DNA from: Balanoglossus misakiensis
Lineage: Eukaryota > Animalia > Hemichordata
Length of the DNA: 64,000 nucleotides
Direction of reading: 5' to 3'
NCBI GenBank assembly: GCA_040954595.2
Contig: CM082591.2
Coordinates: 795,882-859,881 of the forward strand
Below the pieces are notes generated by a model, which worked only from the letters and a program-made list of their open reading frames with translations, had not been told where the DNA came from and made no database searches. Both the position numbers and the translations under genes were made by a program. Numbering within the stretch: position 1 is the stretch's first letter; the number at the start of each line of letters is the position of its first letter. Below are positions 54,699 to 64,000 of this stretch, one piece after another.

Positions 54699-57600
54699 GT
54701 TGTAGTTATTGCAGATCATCACACTTGTTCGAATGTAATTTCATACAATGGAAACACCTAGTGCTCGTCAATATTTTACATACTACTTTATCTTTCTGGA
54801 TGAGTTCCTTTCTGCCAAAGAAATCGGCATCCATAAACGCTTGCATACGTTAAAAGAAATAATTTGATCAATATTCGATGATCACTTCTTAGCAATTACA
54901 AGACCTGCAAACTAAAGTGAATATCCACTCGCCACATCTGCCGTTTGTGACGTATTCAGTTATTCTCTCTTCGAAATTTGCAGTTTTGATAACTATGTAT
55001 TAAAAATATTCTGAATTTAGAAATGTCGTAGCTCAGAAGCGCGATCACAAGTGAATGTCTCTGTTTGCGTTTTCCGAGCGCAACGCCAACCCAGTTGATG
55101 TTAAATAGATACAAATTTGTTTTACTATTGCAGTAACTTAATCTGTAGCATTTTGGTGACCAGAATGGTGCATGTTTGTAACAGTCTACTGTCACTCTGC
55201 CTTCATGTCAAAGTACGTAAAACTCACACGACATATTTTAAGATACATGGACGAGGAAGTTATTTTGTACCTTTACGTGGAAGTTAGTCCATCGGACTTG
55301 GTGCGCGTCGGTCGGCGCGCCTGAACTAATTTAGAACAAACTGCTACTCTGGTACCACAAGTATATTGTTGGGGAAAAAAAAGCCTACTTATAACCCCTT
55401 TTGTCAACTTGTTATCTTTCAAAAATTATCCTCTTAAATTGTTCGCCTTTTTTCCCTCAAATTTTGGCCAAGATCTACAGACAATTAGAAATTATGTCAA
55501 CTTGATCTAAAATTAAGGAATATTAGTCTTAGAGATGAATTCGGTGAAAATGTTACACCAGCGTTCAAAAGTGTACGGTGTAGCTAGTTCATCAGGTGTG
55601 TATAAACTTTAGATTATCGACGATTCGACACCTTTTAAAAGCAGGCCAACAAAGTTAATGTCTGGCATTAAACATAACGAAAATGAAAATTATCAAGACT
55701 TTTTTTTCTGCAATACCACGACCGCAATAAAAAACATTTGTCTAAGAAGATGAAATGAACGCCATGAACACAGTCTTGTTAATTTAACCACTTATTACTA
55801 GCTGCATCAAAGTAACTTGACATAAAATAACCCAATTTTGTTGTTTACTACTTTCCTCGCCTTACTATGCCAATATTCTACAAAAGAACGATTCTTTGTG
55901 ACTTTTGATAATGTTTGCGGTTGAAATAGGTTTCAGCTAAGCGACGGATAATTGATGATATCGTTGTAATTTTACATTTAAATGCTAAAAGCTCGAGAAA
56001 AGTAATAGTGAGAAAAATAAGCACCTCTTGTTTCCAATCTATCAGATCAAAAAACAAAAAAAAAAAAAAATTATAGGTCTGAAAAAGATGGAAAAAGTCC
56101 TACCGTTTAACTGCTTGTTTGGTCGTCAGTCCTCTGTTCCGATTGTGAAGTGCCCTGTGTCGCAACAAATGAAGGAATACGACACTTTTATGCATCTTAA
56201 ACAGAATACACGTATTCCTCATATTTGCAAAGTTATTAAATATTCAAATCAGCCTAAAGTGATAACACTTTAATCTTATGTGGTTTGAATGACTGTCGTT
56301 TAGAAAAAAATGAAGGAGGAGGTGGAGGGAGCTTGCCCAATGGGGGAACTGCTGTCAAATGAATTCAAAACTCACAAAAAGGTGTGAACACGTGATATAA
56401 ATGACAACGCCGAGAGATTATTTTACAAGTGCTAAACACTAAAGAATGAAAAATGTTGGGATATAGATTTTTCCATTGTGCTTTTTCAGCCCACATTTCT
56501 AGCTGAGTAGTGGTATATTTGGCGATTTGTTCGATATTTTGAAGAGTGTCTACTAAAGCAGGCCTGACAAACCCTTCAGCCGGATTTACGAAGTTTGACA
56601 CACAATGGTAGCGACAGTCGGTACAACTTAAGGATTTCAGTAAGCTCTGAATATCCGATCCTTGTAAGGAAATACCTGGTGTCTAATATCATACAGCATA
56701 TGCTCCTATATTATTTTACCAACACCGACACACTCGCCAAACTCACGAGGCGCGAATATTCAGGAATCGTGCTGTTAACACTACCGACTTCCGGCCTCGC
56801 ATCCTCCTCACGGAGATCTGACACTAGGTTCCCAAAAACCTATATAAACAGTGCAATTCTTTGTCTGTAAAGGGTGAAATTCGAATCTAACTTATGTGCC
56901 ATTTGTTCCTGAAAGCGAATATTAAAGGTACAGGTAACCTGTGCAAATTTAGCTACACTTACCATGGCAAATTTAGGTCCAGCCAATCACAGATTTTCAG
57001 TGGGTGACACACGTAAAAAGTGTGGGTGGGATTTTCCAAAAAAAACCACCTAGATAATTTTTTACGATGCAAAAACTTCCGAAGCAGCTGAATTAATACA
57101 CTGCCTTTTGCGTCATAGATATGATCTAGGGGATTTTTTTTAAAACTTTTAAAATAAAACATTTAAGAAAGTGAGAATGGCATTATTGTAGGTGTCATTG
57201 TAATTGTTAATCTACATTTCACACAACTACATGGTTTTCGCAATATGCAAATGCTCCCCTAAACCATGAGAGTTGATTCTCCTCAACAGCAGGGCATTTT
57301 GAAGTCTTAAGTTTATCATACTCTTTCCTACTCAAATTTCTAATTACTGAATAATGAGACGTCTTACATATTAATGCAATAACGGCAAAACTTAGATGAT
57401 CTGCTGCATGTTTAATACCTTCCTCGTCATCCTTCTTTTGTCATACCTTCCTCGTCATCCTTCTTTTGTCATCATCCCCTGGTTTTGGTCTTATGATCTA
57501 CACAACTCTCCACCATCATTGAGAACACATATGTCATCGATGAATCCTGCGCATCCATGAGTCACGGAAGGGAGGGGAGTGAGGAGGCGGGAAAGGGGTG

Positions 57601-58302
57601 CGTGTGAGGGAAATGAGGAGGCTGAATTTGCTGATTGGGGTTGCTACAGACATTAACTTTGTCAAGAGGATCCCACACTAATTGTACTGCAACAAGCCTA
57701 CAGGTCATTCAATTGTACCCATGCGTAGCCAATTAACAGATGAGCATAGATGATAACACGTCGTTTATTCATGTATGATTCGATGGGTCTGGGACTAGAC
57801 AGTGCATAGTCGTGAGCTGAATGATTCCCATGGCACGACCTACGTCACCCAGACGTTGCTGTGTCGATATTATCTGTCCCCCAGACTGCAACAAATGTGA
57901 TGAGTTAGACTCATCCTTGTGAGAAAAAATATTTTCTTTTCAAATCTAAAAGACTTCCTATCGACTGTACATAATCGCTCAATTGAGTTTTCTACTTATT
58001 AATAAATAAATAAATATTTTATTTATGCACATTATATCTTTATCTCCAAGTTGTACCACTTCGAAAGTTTATATATTAAACATGGTATCACACTTTAGAC
58101 GATTCTCTGTTGATAATATGCCATCTCCTGTCTTATCAATGGTTTCGTGCATTGAAGGGGCTATAGTTATGTATCAATATAAACAGCTGACTTGAACCAT
58201 CTGGGGACTTCTGAAACTTATTTTTTACGGCGAACTTAAATCGAGGAGATCAGAGAGACTTTAATGCTATCGAAGATTTTGTTTTTGTTGTTTTGGGTTT
58301 AG

Positions 58303-58358
58303 TTTGGTTTTGGTTTGGTTTGGTTTGGTTTGGTTTGGTTTGGTTTGGTTTTGGTTTG
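58303..58358. repeat. (TTTGG)n microsatellite
   Basis: Visible directly in the sequence. Confidence 0.9.
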
Positions 58359-59784
58359 CTTTTGAAAACGCTATATACTCTCTGCAGATAGTTTTCCACA
58401 AATGGTTCTTTTGCATCACCATGATGATGTAGGCATCGGGGGGATGAAGTGTGCGCGCGCTTCAACTACATCCGGGATTTTTTCTGAGGCATAATCCGCG
58501 TTTGACTTAAGTGGCCATTATACAAAATGGATGAACACGTTGATTCCACCAAGCGACGAATGTATCATATATGGACAAAATGAAATTTTCATTCGTGTTG
58601 ACGACAAAAATCCCGGATTGTATTAAAGCGATTATAACCCACCCCGGTATTAAATTTCCAGGAACCGTATTGATTGTAGCACACTGTTTTGCCACGATTA
58701 GCGAGGTGTAAAAGGAAAACTAGTATATGCATTGTTGTCAAATTCAATTGATATGTGTCATTATAATGTTGACATATGAACCTTGGTAGTTACTGTACCT
58801 TCTGACAGAAAATTTTCAACAAATGTTGACGCAATAATTATGCAATTAAAAGTAAGTCTTATCGCGGGTCAGTAAGGCAATAACATGATGTATAGTATAA
58901 GTACTACACAAAGGTTTACATGTATTATACTGCTTTGACAGCACAAACGTTATTCTAACACCATGGGAGATAAACTTCGTGAAGTAAGTCGTCATACTTT
59001 TGATTAAACTTTAAAGCTCATGAAATTTGCAAATTTGCAGTTTCTGACGAGAAACGTTGCAAATATCTATTAATAAAGCCCGAGTCCTTAGAATTTCCCG
59101 GATAAGCAGATATGTAAGTAACGCTTATATTCGATATTACGTTCTAGTTTACATTAGCTGCACCTCGGCCACGCCCAATTATATGATCGCCAGAAATTAT
59201 TTAATGAGATGTAATTAAGAATACAAATAATTGTGTATTTGTTATATCGATGATATGATTATTAATAATATAATGATTTTGCTCACATAAAACATGAACG
59301 ATGACCCCCAAAAGAAGTTTTGACCGAAACTTAGCCATATTATAACGATCGGACATGACCTAACAGAATTCGATCAATTCCAGACATGGCTAGCTTACGT
59401 CATGCATTAAAATTTGAGATGGGTCAATAGTATCGTATTGTAGTAACCTAATAAGGACTTGTAGATAATCTTGGCCAGTGTTTGCAAGCTGTCGTCATAT
59501 GAAACGAAATGGTGTCAAGATTTCTTGTAACTGTAAGATGGTTTGTACATGTCTGAAAATATTACCCGTATATCACATTGTGAACATTTGCGTAGAAAAA
59601 AAATATTAAAAAAACAAGATTGAAACTTCTTTGTGACTATAAAATAACCTGAAAATAATTTTCATTTCACTGTTCACAAATGAGTAATTTTCTTTTAAAA
59701 AACTGCAATTCAAAAAATATCATACAGAAAATAAATCAATTTGGAAAAATGTTAATGCAGTTTTACAGAATCCAGATGTTTTAT

Positions 59785-60482
59785 TGTTACGTAGGAGAAG
59801 TTTGCTGTTGTTTTGTGACCAGGTGTGTTTTAGCTTACTTTCGTAATTTGAATATTTGCCTGACCAGGTGTGGTGCATTCATTATTTTCCCCATATAAAA
59901 AGCCCGCACGTTGTGTTGCGGCGTAGCTACTAATTTGGACTTGCCCGTGTGAGCTGTTCTGTTCCTCGCCGGCTTGGAAGATGTGCCTTATTTCCTGATA
60001 CACTGGTCTGGAAACCGCGCCCAGAAACTGTGCTGTATTTCATGCTGTTCTGGTCTGGAAACCGCGCCCAGAAGTCGTGCTACCTCATGGGGAATTCGTC
60101 CGAAAGCCGTGCCGTCTACCGGGGAATTGTGCCAGAACGCTACTCGGACTGAACGTCGCTGTTGGGACTGCCGTGGTGCTGGTCGCGTTCGTCGTGCGCT
60201 ACGGAAGCTTGGACTTTAGTTTTTCATTTGACTCTCTCTGGTCACATTTAAGGTAGTCATTCATTTTACTGTTTTTTTCCTCAGTGTACAGTCATTTTAT
60301 ATTTACCAATGTTTAGTTGTAGTAATTAAAAGTTTCCATAAGCAAGGAAATAACCTGTGGTGTGCCTATTGTTGACCGTCTTTGTTGCGTGCTGCGCTGG
60401 TTGGTTCACCAAACCGAGCCATTCAGTAAGTCTGTTTGCTCACTGCCCTGTTTTGGAGCTGAACGGCCAGCGTGTCGTAACA
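59785..60482 (+). mobile_element. Solo LTR (698 bp) of an LTR retrotransposon, probably Gypsy-type
   Basis: Ends TGTTACG...CGTAACA form an inverted repeat. TTAT flanks both sides (59781-59784, 60483-60486). Inside are TATAAAA (~59895), a short direct repeat (tggtctggaaaccgcgcccagaa x2) and ATTAAA (~60325). Confidence 0.85.
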
Positions 60483-62158
60483 TTATACGCTATTCATGAA
60501 TAAGCTCTTATATCATAATAACAAAAAGGTGAGTTTGCATATAATTTTTAAAAGCTGAATTAACCTCGATACAAGCTTTTCGTATAAATGTGGTTGCAGA
60601 CATGAAATACATGTATTCGAATAATCTCATAGGAAATCGAATTTGTCCAGTAAAGTATCTGAGGCAAGATTTTCATTTTGTGGTAGTACGCCATCGAACG
60701 TCGGAATCCAAGCTCTGACACGAATATTTTCCCTCTGTGATGCTCTCTAGCGACAGTGACCGTATATCTTTCTTCTTAGTCGGGTCCCCCCCCCCCCCAC
60801 CCGACGCATTCTGCCGTTGGCTGCGCTATGTGATGAAAACGACAAGCGCATTCAACACCTGTCTCATTTGCATATTAAGCTTCTTATTCAGACAGACTGT
60901 TCCCAGGCGACAATGGACTTCTTTGCTGTATAGGGCGTTTCGATTATCACACAAGGCTTTTGTGTTTAACCTTTCAACGTTATAGTAACATTTTATACTC
61001 TGTACGCGGATCCATCTCACGGGATTAAGTCAAAAGCATGGATTACAGTGGCAATATACGTCATGAACACGTCACGCATTGTAATTTGCATACGCAGAGA
61101 TTGAATATCTTACAACATTGACAACCACGGTTCCATGACGTGTCCACGATCAGACTACTACTACAAAGACATCATTTGTTCCTGTAATAAATCTTGACAG
61201 TTACCACTTTATAATACAAAAATCATCTACTCCTTCTTGGCTTCGAAAGGGTACTTCAATAAAAGGTGTTAAAATATTGACTCAAAGAGGTGTGACTATA
61301 GCGTGGGATAGATTTATTGTGCTTAAATTATTCAAGCTGTCCGAAGTGTTAATCGCATTGATGTGACTTCGGTTACATTACTAGGGCTTATTGTTGAGCG
61401 AGACCGCTTCCTGTAGACAATTTTCATCGCGTATTTTCTTCTTTCTTTTTGTGCATTACCATGTCTTCTTTTCCCTTTGACATTTCTTTATCTGCCTCAC
61501 CGAGTGAAGACTGAGGGAAAATACACCCACACCCGTTAGTGGAGAGAAACTGTAGTCTACCTAAAACAGAGACAGGTTGCATCATTACAAGCTACTCTTG
61601 TAAGAATTTATAGTCGTAATTAAAATTCAACCAACAAACCAAACTTTACTTTTGCGTAGTTTGCATGAGAGTTCAGTACCTGCCACTGTGCAATGGTTGG
61701 GAGTAACTAAATGCAGTTTCAACCACCACATGGATTTCCAACAGAAATATCAACCCGTTCCCAAAGATGTTTTCCGTTGCATTCAAATACAGTTTGATAA
61801 ATTACTGTTACTGTTGTATTGTTAGGTTGTAGTATCGCTACATTATCAACTACATTATCAAATTGATAATGTAATAGTGCGTATGTCGACATCATTGATT
61901 AGTAAAGTGTCCCAATTTCAGCCGTGACTTAGAAATTCTATTTGATGTTGGTCCCTCAAGAAAATATCTCACGAAATACACCTATATGGCTGTCAGAGAA
62001 TGTATTGTACGAAGAATTTATTTCGTCAAGCGTGTGAAATTCAATCAATTAAAAGTGTCATTTCCTCGATGAGTAATTTTTGGAATTTGCCAGTTCTCTA
62101 TAAAAAGCATTCCACGAAGCCATGTTATCACTGCAGAACTGAACTCACTGTCTTCTGA

Positions 62159-62790
62159 ATGATGTTCAAAACCATGCGTCTGTCAACAGCAGTCTTGTCT
62201 GGCCGTATTGGATGTGCTTGCCCGGGAAGACGACAGATTCTGCGAAAAAGTATGCACCATCTGCCATGCGTGTCAAAACAATCTATACAAACGGTACCGG
62301 TGGCTTACAAACAGTTCTTCAAAACAGACGACATACCACATTCCGGGAGTGGCCGGCAAGCGCAATGGCAAACTACTCGACCGAGAGAACTCCCAAACAG
62401 AAAGACCAGTTCTTCAAAACAGTAGAAATGATCAAAGGTAAGTCAAAGAGACATCTAACTTTTGATGTTTCGAATTTCATGAGTCTGAGTAATTTCTTCT
62501 TGGGTCGCACTGCATGTTACAATCGGTGTTATGCAATTAAACTTACCTTTAGTAGATTACTACTAAATCTTCAAAGGGGTTTAAGTTGCCTCTGCAGCGG
62601 CCAAATTTTGACATGTGGCTTGTATTTACAAACGCTGTATCTCTTGAACAAATTATCACAAATACCGTGACACTGTCTTTAGATTGATAGGTTATTAAAC
62701 TACATTATTCGTTATTTTCGCTTCAGATCGGAACTTGACTGAACCGGACAAGACTGACCATCGCCGTTGGACCAAAAATGGGATATGACC
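62159..62790 (+). pseudogene. Frameshifted paralog (D) of precursor C
   Basis: CEKVCTICHAC...YKRYR...SSSKQTTYHIPGVA-GKRN aligns with C (CEASCAICDEC...GRYRARR...SSTKLPYHIGRL-GKRN). The signal peptide MMFKTMRLSTAV/CLAVLDVLA is split by a 1-nt frameshift at ~62195. Donor AAG|gtaagt at 62437, acceptor ttcag| at ~62726, TATAAAA at ~62099. Confidence 0.7.
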
Positions 62791-63067
62791 AATGTTACCT
62801 CGAAGTGAAATCTTAAACCATCTGTTCACATCGAATGAAGATGACAGTCTCCATCTTGTCTAGTTCAAACTGTATTGTTACCATTTGTGTCACTTTGAAA
62901 ATGTACGGACATCGAAATTCGATAATTCCTTGGAATTAAATGATTTATTTCTTTAAATGAGTGTATGTGTTGTCGTTTGAGAAGAGGTCATGGGCATATA
63001 GAAATCGGAGCTTGAATCCCCAATGTGTTTATCTGGGTTACAATCTGACTAGTGACATCTCTAATCT

Positions 63068-63815
63068 TCAACCCCTAAACTCTATTTCTGTTTGATCTAA
63101 AAAAGAAACAGAATGATTCGCATTATCGTCAAACAATGGCACAGTGCATGATGTTTCTTTTTTTATTATTAAAGGTAATGATAGAAAGCTTTGATTGAAG
63201 TCTGCCAGTTTGTCTATAAGTTCGCGGCCACACAAAGCATCGTTGACCTTGTTGTCGCCATCTTTGATTGTATCTTCACTGAATCCATGCATAAGAAGTA
63301 ACACCTTGTTTTCAAAAAGACTCCTCGCAAACTTTAACATAGGAAGAATTGAAAGGTTTGTGAGGACAATAATTTTATTCTGAAAATCTGTCCCCAAGGC
63401 CCCCAGCCCAACAGTTTGAATTATGTCGTATTACAAAGATCACACCTTCATAGTTGACAAAAAAAAAGATTTTTCATTTTCGTTATGATTGCACCTTCTA
63501 AGGATATCAATTATTGATTCTTCAATTAATTCTAAATTTCTGTTCATGACCTATATATGGGTATTACTATTGATATGAAAAGTGATAAATTTTGTCTGTG
63601 AACGGAACTGTCGGGGTCAGATATGTATAACATATGCCCCTGTTTGTGTCAGTCTCTTGAACTTTGTATAAAAGTTCTTTCCAACATACATGTTTTCACC
63701 TGGACTGGCTTCAGACTTCATTTGTGTTTTGTCTTCATATGGAACGTCTTTAGAAGGGTGAAATTCGTGTGATATTGTCAAAACGATTTTCTGTGCACTC
63801 TTGAATAATTAGCTC
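63068..63815 (-). pseudogene. Possible decayed coding fragment of unknown origin
   Basis: A 109-codon ORF (63068-63397) is preceded by protein-like stretches broken by stops and a frameshift at a homopolymer run (~63460); no recognisable domain. Confidence 0.25.
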
Positions 63816-64000
63816 TAGTTTAGCGGGTGGATGGATAACAGTGTGACAGCATGAGAGTTAACGTCGTGTGACATTGAGAAAATTAGTTTCAATTGTACAC
63901 ACGAGTCTTATCTTCGCTTTTGTTGGCGGATAATGGTGTGGTAACGGCCAACACGTTATATTCTGGAAACGAAACCTATTCGAGAAATTAGTTTTTCTTA

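Noticed and set aside
53675-54853. Long MYVC/HTYI-repeat ORFs (327-381 aa)
   Set aside because: They are translations of the stop-free (ACAT)n microsatellite.
59949-60219. GC-rich ORFs after a TATA box
   Set aside because: They lie inside the solo LTR.

Overview
AT-rich, intron-containing animal genomic DNA. The gene content suggests a marine invertebrate, probably a deuterostome such as a hemichordate or cephalochordate; this is an inference. The window has four main parts. (1) An 8-exon + strand gene (4112-11684, ~1491 aa) encodes a duplicated, degenerate GT-B glycosyltransferase-like region, a coiled coil, a 36-aa repeat linker and C-terminal NHL repeats. It sits in a tandem segmental duplication (1-1073 = 12241-13315). 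(2) A - strand NR1-subfamily nuclear receptor gene (17804-34615) mixes ROR/HR3-like and Rev-erb/E75-like features. (3) A cluster at ~38-63 kb holds small spliced genes for secreted, Cys-containing precursors of amidated peptides. Three are intact (C-termini ...LLRF-amide, ...LPRY-amide, ...HIGRL-amide), one is a frameshifted paralog, and two are possible relics. The three intact genes share a phase-1 intron after the GKR site. This cluster is the best candidate for an undescribed system. (4) Repeats include a solo LTR with target-site duplication, ~90-bp TTAA-flanked MITEs, a ~1-kb (ACAT)n microsatellite and local duplications. Exon models were built by hand from GT/AG sites and reading phase; no database searches were run.
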